DNA of 64,000 nucleotides from Macrostomum hystrix (Eukaryota; Animalia; Platyhelminthes). Every line of letters begins with the position of its first letter. The first letter of the stretch is position 1. Both the position numbers and the translations under genes were made by a program. This document shows positions 23,601 through 35,766 of the stretch, piece by piece. Below the pieces are notes generated by a model. It saw only the letters and a list, made by a program, of their open reading frames with translations, was not told the origin of the DNA and did not search any database. The DNA is taken from positions 9,362,001 to 9,426,000 of the forward strand of contig CATNEN010000003.1 of assembly GCA_950097015.1 (NCBI GenBank). Direction: 5' to 3'.

Positions 23601-24304
23601 GCACGAACTTGGCAGAAGGAATCATGTGCAATTGTGTGCCTTGGCCTCTTACAAAACAACTTGAGTCGCTGTCAGCTCTTTCCGCCCCACTCTCATGGCC
23701 TCCCGACGACCTTGGGGATTGCCCGTGCATGCCCTTCGCTCCTTAGTCGGGCTCCGTTGGAATTTCTTCGCCCTCATGGCTACGCTATAAATAGAACTTG
23801 TTTACCACTGTACAAGGTTCACGCCGCCGACGCGTGATAAGCACGAGACTTTTGGCCCGACGGGGTGTGGAGTCGGGGGCTGAGTATTGTGGCCCCAGGC
23901 TGGGCGGGGGCGGGCGGTTTACAGTTATATTCTGTAGTGGAAATGGAAGGCTTGTCGCTTATCTTCTAATGTACTGTCAAAAACTAAGCCTGGCACAGAC
24001 AAACTTATGGCTTGCGCGAAAATTATCGGCAAAAAAATCTCAGATTCCGCTTCTGACATTCTTCTACTAATTCAAAATTTGAATTCGAATTTCAGAGGTG
24101 CTTCGCACTCGCCTGAGACAGGAGGGTAACAAGTACAGCGGCCTATTGCAGACTATGCGACTCATCGTGACCGAGGAGGGTCCCAGGGCGCTCTATCGCG
24201 GCATGCTGACCCACTATATGCGCCAGATTCCCAACACCTGCATTGTTTTAACCACCTACGAGGGGATCCTGTGGTTTCTGCGCGAGCACAAGATGCTACT
24301 CTGA
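20671..24304 (+). CDS. SLC25A36: Mitochondrial pyrimidine nucleotide carrier (SLC25A33/SLC25A36, Rim2-like), 353 aa
   Basis: Five phase-compatible exons: 20671-20714, 21855-22074, 22176-22483, 23024-23304, 24096-24304. Motifs HVVAGG, PLEVVKTRLQSS, NPIWLVKTRMQLD, YPHEVLRTRLRQ and RQIPNT. Confidence 0.93.
23435..23920 (+). mobile_element. Possible decayed non-LTR retrotransposon 3' fragment in carrier intron 4
   Basis: GC-rich island translating to QNLRQGR...PCHVC with broken frames; ends with GGGGCTGAG...GGCCCC like the 3' end of the element at 40610-42160. Weak evidence. Confidence 0.3.
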
Positions 24305-25304
24305 ATCTTTATTCGACAATCTTATTTGCTTCACCTGTACGTCGCTCGCTTTTTCCGTTTCCCTAGTCTAATCTTACCTCGTAAAAATACTAATCAGATA
24401 ATGTAAACTCCATCGGGGAAGCGGATTATAATCTGGGACCTGTACAGCAGAAACTATAGTTATGTCAATGAGATTCATTCAATGCCAGATTGCAATTCAT
24501 AAAAAGTCCGTCAATGCTTTAAGCTTGATGGACTCTAGTGAGCCCAACTTCTATCGTATTTTTTCTTATTTATCAAGTTTGTGCTTGATAAATAAAGTAC
24601 ACACGCATGTTTAATCGTTATATTAAACAAATTTTGAAGGCAATTTTTCTGTACAATTAATTATTAACATTCTTTGAGTGCGTTAATTTCGTTAGTCTGG
24701 TTTTTGCAAATGTAGAAAGTTCAACAGTTGTAATTATTTTTTTCCATACTCTTCGAGGTTCTATCGTAATTTATTAAATTTCTAATCACTAGGTGTAAAA
24801 TTAGGTAACATCAAAATTATCCATCAATGTTTCTGAATAACAAAATTATTTTAAGGCCCACACAATGGCTCTGCATTTAAACGGACAATTTTGCTGTTTT
24901 GTCTTATCAAATTTGAAAATTTGTGGGAAATAATTGGTTTAGAACAGGAAAGAAATATTCGCTTGTTTTCATTCTCATTTCGTACTTTCATTATTTGATT
25001 GAATTGAATGTTGCTACCGTTTTTCCTGTATGTTGTATTTTGTATTGGCCCAATGTGTGAATGTTATGTTAATTGTATCATCATTTTTTGTAATGATAGC
25101 TTACAATTTGCTTTTTAAGCAATCCGAAATGGCTCATTAGCTCACAGAATTTAACGATGCCAATGCTTGCTGAATTTAAGTTGCGTGTTCATTTTTGTGT
25201 AAATTTTATAAATTGTGATTTTTTCTTGAAGCCAGGAGCAGCTCTGTTGAGTTGAATAAATTCGATTTTGATTAGAAAGTCGGCCTTGAAAATTTTATTG
25301 GATA

Positions 25305-25560
25305 CGGAGGGCTAGAATTAATAGAAGGCTTTATTAGGGAATCGATAATTCACGTCACGTGACTCACATAAGCCAATAAGGTTTCGGGAGGGGTAGACAT
25401 TTTTTTGCTATTCTTAGAAAGCTTTGGGAATCGATAACTCACGTCACGTGACTCGCGTAAGCCAATAAGGTTTCGGGAGGGCTAGACATTTTTTAGCTTT
25501 TATTAGAAAGCTTTTGGGAATCGAAAAAATTACGTCACGTGACTCGCGTAAGCCAACAAA
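25305..25560. repeat. Three ~90-bp tandem units, each with GTCACGTGAC and GCCAA(T/C)
   Basis: Units visible directly; palindromes at 25354, 25443 and 25534. Confidence 0.85.
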
Positions 25561-26598
25561 GTTAAAGAAAGCCGATACATACAGTTTCAGATATTTTCTC
25601 TACCAGCACTCACAGTCCTTAATTCGATTTGACATTTTTTGAAAGATTTCATCAAATATTGCCTTTTTCCGTTTGTTATTTAAATCTACAAAAAATCCCA
25701 GTGCCATTTTTGTTTAACTAAGCTGTCGTATTATTTAAACTAGTGTACTTTTCTCATATTATTGAAATATTATTTAGCATTCTATAATAAAGCTTAATCA
25801 TTTGTATATTTCATCTTCCTATAACACAAAAACACCCACTTTGTGAAATAATAAACAATGAGAGATTTAGGCTCTGAAGTGAGTTTATTTTATTATTTTC
25901 ATCAGTTCTAGTTCTATTCCGTTATTTAAAATGGTCTTGCTTCGTTAATTCGTCTTTATTTTCTGTTAACTTGGACTAAAGAAATTCGATGAGTTAAAGA
26001 ATTTTCTAGAAGACGATTAATAGATACATCTACTTGTGTATGTGGCCAAGATTTTTTCACTGATAAGGGCCTTATAAAATTATGCTGCTAGAGTATATTT
26101 ATTTTCTCACCTAGTTTTTAGCTAGTAAGCCCAGTTTGAAAATCCGTTGGGCTGCCCGACTGAAATATAAAGCATAAACAAGGTCAGGGAACTTTTTGGT
26201 GACTTGAATAATACGCTTAATGACGCTTTTAGTGTGTTTATCAATTTAATCTATATCAATTTAGAATGCTTATCTACCTACTGACAACCTCTAGCATAGT
26301 AGGCTTGTGGGGACACTTGCTGTAAATAGATAAAAATAGGTTAAAGCGTTTGACCTAAAAATAGTTCTCTTTTATAGTTCTGTCTGGGTGTTGTGTATGC
26401 AGTTTAAGTGTCACGGTACATTGCCAATGGACCTTTTCTTGCATCACGTGCTTGCTTTTTAGAAGAAGAAATATTTTTAGACCGACAAAAGAATAATTGC
26501 TAAGTGCCTTAAATAGTACAGACCATCAACAAATACATATTCACTTTAAACATCAATTTAGTCATTCTAAAAAGTACGAATTACATCTGTATATACAA

Positions 26599-26895
26599 CA
26601 TTTGAATGCTGCGTACGGCTGTTCAGTCCATGGACACGGGGAATGTCACACCCATGCCAGTACATATTCAACAGTTGGGTGAACTGAAGCCATGCAGAGC
26701 TTACGTGTCTCGGTAAATGGACACAATTTTTTCCAGTGGAGTCGGGAATCGAACCCCCAACCTTCAAGTTCGTGAGTCCAACGCTCTTACCACTTTGCTA
26801 CAACTCCCTTCAGATGCACCGGCTGGGCTGTCGGCTGCATCTCTGGCCTTATCGGGCCAGGGCAGGTGCAAATAATTATAATAATTATTATTATA
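26599..26895. mobile_element. SINE family B copy with inverted 5' portion
   Basis: 26599-26807 is head and body in antisense; 26808-26895 is the continuing 3' part in sense, with an (ATT)n tail. Confidence 0.78.
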
Positions 26896-27304
26896 GTAAT
26901 ACAGCCTTTAGCTTCGGCTGTGACACTGGCTTTTATTTTGAAATTGTAAAAATCTAATACAAAAAATATATAATAACTTCACACGAATCTAATATACTAC
27001 TAATATAGTACTTGAAAGTCCACGTAATGCAATTAAACAAGTCAAGTGCGATAAAAAATCGCGTTGGGTATAAAGTATTGCACCTCTCTCATTAACTAAC
27101 TCTCTCACATTAAAGAGAAGGTTATTCATCTTGCTTTCAGTATCAGGGCTGCTGTTAATAATCACAATAAGTGACAGTAATACGTACATGTCCTTTGAAT
27201 CAATCACTGAATAGATGCTTATATGTGGCTTCCGCAATGTCACTATGAGAAAATCTTTGTCATGGGGTGATTTGGCAGATCAGTCTAACGGGTTTTCCTC
27301 TCTC

Positions 27305-27415
27305 GATTTTTTCCCATTAGCGCTAGTGTATTTCATACACCCCTATCAGCGCCTCAGTGCGGCCTTGCCAGTCCTTCAAAATTGATCAGCATGCCACCCG
27401 AATGTGCCTGCATCA
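27305..27415. repeat. Dispersed repeat (unclassified), copy 1
   Basis: TATTTCATACACCCCTA...GCGCCTCAGTGCGGCCTTGCCAG...CACCCGAATGT is shared with 33748-33870. Confidence 0.75.
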
Positions 27416-27804
27416 TCTCCGTCTTCGGTGGTCACCTACCTATATTGAGACGGACTGCTGGACCTAGCTTCAAGGGCTACAACAGGTAGAACAAGGCCAC
27501 TATAGACACCTGACATGAATTTCCCAGATTTCACTGATTAAACCTGAACATTAGGCGCAGCTCAACCACAGTACACCCTCGCCTAGTCTGCCAACTAATC
27601 AGTCACCACCCAAAGCTGCAGTTAGCATTCGGGCGCTATAGGAGAAACCGCCCCTGATGTGTTCTATTTAATACTTCCATTATTTTAGATGGAAACCCCC
27701 TTTAGTATAAGATCTGGCGGTGAAATTGCGTGGTAGTTCTACTTTTAATATGCACGTATAATTGCCATAGTGGTTACATAGCTCGGTCATAAGTCGAGAC
27801 CATG

Positions 27805-28082
27805 ACATTTATTTGGGGCGCAGCCGCGGAGAGAAGGCTTGGGGGCTTGTCGTGCAATTTGCGCCTTTTAGGGCCAATTCCTACAAGGCACAGTGACAGT
27901 GTACACTGACTGAAGATGAGAAAGTCAGGGCAGATGTACACACCTGTGTCAGCGTGTGCCTGCGTACAGTATCAGAGTGCCTGTGTGCTCAGGAGTCAGC
28001 GAAATGGGCAGAATTGCCTCCTCGCTGGCTGCGGGTCTAGTGTCACCAAATGATGTGCCATTGCCCGCAGCCCTCCTGCCAA
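27805..28082 (+). mobile_element. SINE family A copy (5' truncated)
   Basis: High identity to the copy at 37768. Confidence 0.88.
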
Positions 28083-28519
28083 CACATGTTTTCCAGCGAT
28101 GTGTTGTGCCGCCGCCGGCCAAAAACGAGCCAATGACCTGAATGGTTCCTGTTTATGCAAAGACACAAATTTATTTAAACACAAATATGCTCACAGCACC
28201 CAGCTTCATAATACACCTGTCCGATATGTTTATTTGCTTTAGACAATCTCTGATTTTTCGCATGACCCATACCCGCTTGTGTTGAATCCTAGAGATAAGA
28301 AACGGAAGCAGAAAAATACTATGGCGGTCTTAATCAAATGAATATATTTACTCAGAAAGATAACTTGGGGCTCGTGCCACTCGAGTATTTTTTTTTGGAT
28401 AATCAAATCAGGCTTTCAAATTGTATTCGTTCCTTACTCATAACTAAGGCCTCCTGGTTAAAAAATTTGAAATGCGAAATTTCAGGTGCTTTTCAAATTC
28501 CTCATTCAATTTGCACAAG

Positions 28520-29985
28520 TTTCCCTCCTCTCCCTTCCTCTCCCTTCCTCTTTTCTTTGTAGCTCTTGTCTCTCCCCCTTTCTTCTGCCTCTCTTTCCCT
28601 TTTCTCTGTGTCTCTTTCCCTTTTCTCTGTCTCTCTTCCCTTTTTCTCTGCCTCTTTTTCCCTTTTCTCTCTCTCTCTTTCCCTTTTCTCTGTGTCTCTC
28701 TTTCCCTTTTCTCTGTGTCTCTTTCCCTTTTCTCTGTGTCTCTTCCCTTTTCTCTGTCTCTCTTCCCTTTTTCTCTGCCTCTCTTTCCCTTTTCTCTGCC
28801 TCTCATTCCCTTTCTTCTGTCTCTCTTTCCCCTTTCTCTGTCTCTCTTCCCTTTTCTTCTGTCTCTCTTTCCCCTTTCTCTGTCTCTCTTCCCCTTTCTT
28901 CTGTCTCTCCCTTTTCTCTGTCTCTCTTTCCCTTTTCTCTGTCTCTCTTCCCCTTTTCTCTGCCTCTCTTTCCCTTTTCTCTGCCTCTCTTTCCCTTTTC
29001 TCTGTCTCTCTTCCCTTTTTCTCTGCCTCTTTTTCCCTTTTCTCTCTCTCTCTTTCCCTTTTCTCTGTGTCTCTCTTTCCCTTTTCTCTGTGTCTCTTTC
29101 CCTTTTCTCTGTGTCTCTTCCCTTTTCTCTGTCTCTCTTCCCTTTTTCTCTGCCTCTCTTTCCCTTTTCTCTGCCTCTCATTCCCTTTCTTCTGTCTCTC
29201 TTTCCCCTTTCTCTGTCTCTCTTCCCCTTTCTTCTGTCTCTCTTTCCCCTTTCTCTGTCTCTCTTCCCCTTTCTTCTGTCTCTCCCTTTTCTCTGTCTCT
29301 CTTTCCCTTTTCTCTGTCTCTCTTCCCCTTTTCTCTGCCTCTCTTTCCCTTTTCTCTGCCTCTCTTTCCCTTTTCTCTGTCTCTCTTCCCCTTTCTTCTG
29401 TCTCTCTTTCCCCTTTCTCTGTCTCTCTTTCCCTTTTCTCTGTCTCTCTTCCCCTTTTCTCTGCCTCTCTTTCCCTTTCTTCTGTCTCTCTTTCCCCTTT
29501 CTCTGTCTCTCTTCCCCTTTCTTCTGTCTCTCCCTTTTCTCTGTCTCTCTTCCCCTTTTCTCTGCCTCTCTTTCCCTTTTCTCTGCCTCTCTTTCCCTTT
29601 CTTCTGTCTCTCTTTCCCCTTTCTCTGTCTCTCTTCCCCTTTCTTCTGTCTCTCTTTCCCCTTTCTCTGTCTCTCTTTCCCTTTTCTCTGTCTCTCTTCC
29701 CCTTTTCTCTGCCTCTCTTTCCCTTTCTTCTGTCTCACTTTCCCTTTTCTGTCTCTCTTCCCCTTTCTTCTGTCTCACCCTTTCTTCTGTCTCACCCTTT
29801 CTTCTGTCTCACCCTTTCTTCTGTCTCACCCTTTCTTCTGTCTCACCCTTTCTTCCGTCTCACCCTTCTTCTGTCTCGCTTCCCTTTTCTCTGTCGCTCT
29901 CCCCTTTTCCTGTCTCTTCCCCTTCTCTCATCTCCCTTTTTCCACCCCTTCCCGCTTTCTCCCTGTATGCTTTCTCTCCCTTCCT
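28520..29985. repeat. ~1.45-kb polypyrimidine (CT-rich) tandem/low-complexity tract
   Basis: Degenerate TCTCTGTCTCTCTTTCCCTTT-type units; almost no A on the plus strand. Confidence 0.96.
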
Positions 29986-30486
29986 AATATGCTCTCACTA
30001 TTCCTTCATTTAGCGTAAGCACCTTACATACAGGAGATTAAGGTTTGAGAAATTAGGTTATAACACTGCCGCCTTGGTGCCAATATGGATTTAATTGGCA
30101 AAATAAAGGATCCAAATTTAGTTGATAAATAACGAGTTCTAAAATGTAGGCAAAAAGCGAAAGCAATTAGCCTACGAAAAAAGCATAGTCTATTAAATTA
30201 GTTTGTCGCTAATCTGTCTCTATAGTGCCCTAATCAATGCCTCGGGGTTTTTAATACACAGCAAAGGCAATATGCTCGTACAGCAGCATCTCGGCAGTGC
30301 ATTGCCAATGCCGCCTATACCGGAAAACATGCTATTGGTCCGTTTGGCTGGTTGGAGACTAAAGGGTGTAAAATAGTGCCAATTTTGGTATAAATCTAGC
30401 ACAGCACACCTGTAGATAAACGCTATAAGTGGTTTTAGACAAGATCAGCAACACAGCTATAGTTGGTTAAGTTTCATCTAGTGAAA

Positions 30487-33400
30487 ATGTTAAACATGAA
30501 CAACACAACGCAAGATAATGCAACGGCTATGAATGACTTTGGTGAGTTTGTACGAGTATTTAGAGCGACCGTGTCTATAAATTACTGAATGCATTTGAAG
30601 GCTGCGTACAGCTGTTCAGTCCATGGACTGGTGTGGACGCCACACCCACCCTCCATTCCCCCAATGAGCTAATGCTGCAGGTACCCAATTAACAGTTGGG
30701 TGAACTGAAGCAACGCAGAGTTGAAGTGTCTTGCTAAAGGACACAGTTTTTTTCCGGAGGAGTAGGGAATCGAACCTCCGACGCTCAAACCACTAAGCTA
30801 CAACCCCTAGCAGGTCCAGCTAGTACAAAAGCAGTACACAGAAAGCAAAAAATAATAAATATGAAAAAAAGATTAAAGTTAATTAGTAAAATTTAATAGC
30901 TATTAACTACCAGAACTAAATTGAGTGTCAGAGAAACGATAACAGTGACCGAGAACCAATTAAAGTGACCCAAAACCAATTAGAGTGACCCAAAGCCATT
31001 AGAGTGACCCAAAGCCATTAGAGTGACCCAGAACCAATCAGAGTGACCCAGAGCCAATTAGAGTGACCTAGAACCAATCAGAGTGACCCAGAGCTAATAA
31101 GAGTGACCTAGAACCAATCAGAGTGACCCAGAGCTAATAAGAGTGACCTAGAACCAATCAGAGTGAACCAGAGCCAATTAGAGTGACCCAAAACTAATTT
31201 GAGTGACCCAAAGCCATTAGATCAGTGACACATAAGCAATCAGAGTGACTCAGAACCAACCAGAGTGACCCAAAACCAACTATTGCGACTCAGAACCAAT
31301 CAGAGTGACCCAAAGCTATTAGAGTGACCCAAAACCAATCAGAGTGACCCAGAACCAGTCAGATTGACCCAGAAGCAATTAGAGTGACTCAGAACCAATT
31401 AGAGTCACCCAAAGCCATTAGAGTGACCCAAAGCCAATCAGAGTGACACAGAAGCAATTAGAGTGACCCGGAACCAATCTCAGTGACCCAGAGCCAATCA
31501 GAGTGACCCAAAATCATCATAGTGACCCAGAACCAATCAGAGTGACCCATAAGCAATCAGAGTGACTCATAACTAATTAGAGTGACCCAGAAGCAATCAG
31601 AGTGACTCATAACTAATTAGAGTGACCCATAAGCAATCAGAGAGACTCAGAACCAATCAGAGTGACCCTGAACCAATCAGAGTGACCCATAAGCAATCAG
31701 AGTGACTCATAACTAATTAAAGTGACCCATAAGCAATCAGAGTGACCCAGAATTAATCAGAGTGACCCATAAGCAATCAGAGTGACTCATAACTAATTAA
31801 AGTGACCCATAAGCAATCAGAGTGACCCAGAATTAATCAGTGTGACCCATAAGCAATCAGAGTGACTCATAACTAATTAGAGTGACCCATAAGCAATCAG
31901 AGTGACTCAGAACCAATCAGAGTGACCCAGAACCGATCAGAGTGACCCAAAACCGATCAGAGTGACCCAAAACCAATCAGTGACCGAGAACTTTGAATGC
32001 TTGAGTGATTTTATAAAATTTAGTTTGTTTATAACGTTGCTAACATCAGCACAAATACACTACCAAATTTGACCAATCCAGACTATTCAAAGGCGATATC
32101 TGTAGCCAGAATGTTCGTCGAGGCACTCAGGCTATACGCCGCGCCAGTGCTGACACTAGCCTGTGCAGTCGGCTCCTGCCTGATCCTGTACTCGGCTATA
32201 AAGCGACGGCGTATTCTGCCGTCGAAGCACTATGTTCTAGTGCTACTTACGGTGGCTGATCTCGTTACAATTCTCTCAAGGTGAGGCCATTTTTATGTAC
32301 AAAAGAATTTAAATACGAAAAATAGCGACTTCCAAAGTGTTCACAATTCTTCGATTTTCATCAGCTCGTTCTTCAACCAATTTCTCTATTACGGCCTGGG
32401 CATTCCGATGCCGCATGCGAACAACAACATCGCCTGCAAGCTCTGGTCCCTAGTGTGGATAATCAGCAACGGCCTGTCAGCCAATCTGCTCTGCTTCCTG
32501 GCCATAGACAGGCTGTACGCGGTGAGCCGGCCGCTGCAGCACAGAGCAGCTGCTAGCCGGGGTCGCTACTGTTTACTGTTGGCCGCATTCTGCGCACCAT
32601 TTTTTGCTGTCGGAGTCTACGGAGCAGCCACTTTTCGGGTGTACGAATACCTCGGGCAGTGGCATTGCTACATAGACCTGAGCCTGCCATCTGGTCTGGG
32701 CATCGCCTACCAGGCCTACGCCACGCTCATTGCAAACGGAACAGTAGGCAGCTGCTTCCTCCTGATTGCCAATGCTGTCCTAGCTGGTCGCCTCTGTGCC
32801 ATCGCTCGCTCGAGGCGGCGTCGCTGGCGACTGCCAGGATTCGGCGGTCAGGATCATCATCATCATCATCAGCAGCAGCAGCAGCAAGTCCGAGAAACAG
32901 GCGATAGCGGTATTCAACTTCAGTGCGTTGAGCATACTAAATAATTAATTATTAATTGCAGGAGGGCTGCGGGCAATGGTACAATATTTTGTGACACTAG
33001 ACCCGCAGCCAGCGAGGAGGCAGTTCTGCCGATTTCGCTGACTTCTAAGTACACACGCACACATACGTACGCAGGCAGACACACTGTGCCTTCTAGGGCG
33101 TAAATTGCACGACAAGCCCCAAGACTCAGCGGCTGCGCCCGATATTGTCAGCCAAGAAAAACTGTCTTTGGTTGAGCATTAAAAAATTGCACAAAGGAAT
33201 GCTTGAATCCTAAATTCTTCAGATTTTCCACCGATCTGCCTGACAAGCAACAGTCGCAAATTGAGTTAGAGCAGACAACGTCTGATTGTATTGATGTTTG
33301 CAATTATCAACAGCGCCATTATCATCGTCAGCAGCAGCAGCGGCAGAAGAATAGATCAGATTTATCCAGCACAGCTGCAGTTCGCACAGGTGTGACTTTG

Positions 33401-33625
33401 ATGGCAGCATCTGTCGCACACCTTGCTGGCTCATTGCCACGAGCCGTAACCTACCTGACCGTCGGAATCATTCAGTACGGAGGTCTGGCAAAGTCCGAGA
33501 CCGATGCCGCCCACCTGCAGCTGGTGTTTGAGTTGGCCAGCTGTTTTGACTACCTGTTCTACGCCAACTGCTCGCTCAACTGGCTCATCTACTGCGCCAG
33601 CGTGCCCGAGCTGAGGCCTTGGTAG
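30487..33625 (+). CDS. Rhodopsin-class (FMRFamide/Srw-like orphan peptide) GPCR, ~404 aa
   Basis: Phase-compatible exons 30487-30541, 32082-32280, 32365-32922, 33223-33625. N-terminal NTT/NAT sequons, TM2 LTVADL, C in ACKLW, LAIDRLYAVSRPL, ECL2 WHC and TM7 YANCSLNWLIYC. Confidence 0.86.
30591..30807 (-). mobile_element. SINE family B copy lacking the 3' hairpin and tail
   Basis: Antisense A/B boxes and core; in GPCR intron 1. Confidence 0.82.
30944..31990. repeat. Minisatellite, 20-bp unit AGAGTGACCCAGAACCAATC
   Basis: Direct inspection; GPCR intron 1. Confidence 0.95.
32944..33140 (-). mobile_element. SINE family A copy (deleted)
   Basis: Antisense 3' end TTGCAGGAGGGCTGCGGGCAATGG...; in GPCR intron 3. 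Confidence 0.8.
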
Positions 33626-33747
33626 CCATTTTCGCTTTAACAGTAGGACTAGCAGCCATTTTGCCGTCCGTTTTTATACCAAGCGGGGATTCTACTTATG
33701 ACGATTATTTTTGCTGAGATATTCAACGGCTCTGGCCGAAGGTCTGA

Positions 33748-33870
33748 TTTTCCTATAAGAGCTAGTTTATTTCATACACCCCTACTATATACACGAATTC
33801 GCACTGCGCCTCAGTGCGGCCTTGCCAGGTCTTCAAACCTTATCAGCGCGTCACCCGAATGTCCCTGCAC
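33748..33870. repeat. Dispersed repeat (unclassified), copy 2
   Basis: Shared with 27305-27415, same orientation. Confidence 0.75.
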
Positions 33871-34499
33871 AACTTGAGTTTCATGTGCTTGCTGTCCTCC
33901 GTTGGGGTGCAGCAGAACCGATTGTCTGGGCGTAAATCACTCCCATTGGTAGTTATACTGAGAAGGGTATCAGGTTAATTAAAAATGTTTCTTTTAAATG
34001 TAAAGGTGCATTTTTAACAAACTTATTCTCAATTTTTTATTATTTTCCAGTTATTTTTTGTTGTCTTCATAGTTGACGCAAAAAAACTGCGAATCACGTT
34101 CAAATTTCGGACATTGCGGTTCGGTTTCGAGAATTTGCAGAAAATATATTATTCAAGACACAGACAAATGGTTTCCGACCCGGAAGAACTGTGATATGCT
34201 TAACTTAGGAGCATTAACAAGCCGAAATCGGTGAACAAAAATAATATAAGATTACGAAGGCCGACCTGGCAGACTTTTCAGAAAATATTTCATTTAAAAA
34301 AATGCTGATAGGGCAATTGTTACGTACTTGATAAGAGTTTCAGTATTCTGTCGTGTAAACCGCCTAAGCCTTATAAACCGTAACAGTTTTGTCGCAGAAT
34401 ACGCATGGGGAAGCGCGCAGGTGGGTTAAACCTGTGTCTGTACGCAGCGCCCGCACTAACTGCAACTGGCATTGTCGGCAGACTCTTGTCTGATTCTAT

Positions 34500-34705
34500 C
34501 ACCTGTCTCATCTCTCATCTCTACCGTGTCTCATCTCTACCGTGTCTCATCTCTACCGGGTCTTGTCTCTACCGTATCTCATCTCTTCCGTATCTCATCT
34601 CTTCCGTGTCTCATATCTTCCGTGTATCATCTCTTCCCTTTCTCATCTCTTCCATGTCTCAATTATTCCCTGTTTCATCTTCCCTCTGTCTCACCTCACA
34701 TGTCT
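34500..34705. repeat. GTCTC/ATCTC tandem array without hAT TIRs
   Basis: Same repeat type as inside the hAT MITEs (reverse strand); a similar patch lies at 38230-38370. Confidence 0.75.
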
Positions 34706-35119
34706 AATAGATTCCCTATCTAATCTCGCTGCTGTTCCATACCCGTCTATCTGTTCCGTTTTTCAACTCTACCATATGTTTAATCTCTAGCAGAGTGCCA
34801 GCTAATATATGTAGTTGCGATCAGTTTGCATTATTTACTCGTACATCAAAGCGAAATTGCACGACTGCAGCAACATAAAACCCTGCTAACTCTGCAGTTG
34901 CGATAGGAAATCGCATGGATAGGCTGTTCTCATAGGATAGGCTGTTCTTTACACAACACTGAAGAAACTATACCGCACACGCAAGGCAAATAATTTTTGT
35001 TTTACATTCTACAGCTTGGCAAACAGATGTCACGGGAATTTAAGCTACTTTCTTAAGATCCAAAATTTTATTTTTTGCACTGAGACACAAAATCTAAACG
35101 TCTTAGTTAATGCTGAATT

Positions 35120-35445
35120 GACGGGGCGACAATCATGCGTCGCGTCTACCTCACGCACCAAGGTCCTTGAGCTCGATTCCGCGGCGAGGCCACATTCATT
35201 GGGGCGCAGCCGCGGAGAGAGGGCTTGGGGGCTTGTCGTGTAATTTACGCCCTTGATGGCCAACCTCCGATATGAGACGATGAGAAAGTCAGGGCAGATG
35301 TACACACCTGTGTGAGCGAATGCCTGCGTACAGTATCTGTGTGCGTGTGTGCTCAGGAGTTAGCGAAATTGGCAGAATTGCCTCCTCGCTGGCTGCGGGT
35401 CTAGTGTCACCAAATGACGTGCAATTGCCCACAGCAACCTGCAAA
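35120..35445 (+). mobile_element. SINE family A copy
   Basis: High identity to the copy at 37768. Confidence 0.88.
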
Positions 35446-35766
35446 TAGAGCATTCATATATTAGTACGCTCTCTATATGCCTCTACGCATAAAAACTCGC
35501 TCCTTGTTTGTTTAATTTTACAAAAGCACTATTAACAGTAGAAAGACTAGGGTAGTATGTCGCTGCTGATGGCATATAGTTCAACGACTTTTTTAGTCTC
35601 CTTTCATAGTGGACCTCGCGACTATTTTAGCTATATAAATTTTTGCTCGTAGCCTACTCAAGAATTTTGGTTTGCTGAGCTACTCAATTTAACTTAACGG
35701 CAGATTATAGCATTAGGAGCAAGAATCTGATTTATGTCAAGCTCACTCCATATATAGGCTTAAGCC

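Noticed and set aside
28444-30018. Four ORFs of 444-513 aa
   Set aside because: Artefacts of a stop-poor CT/GA tract.
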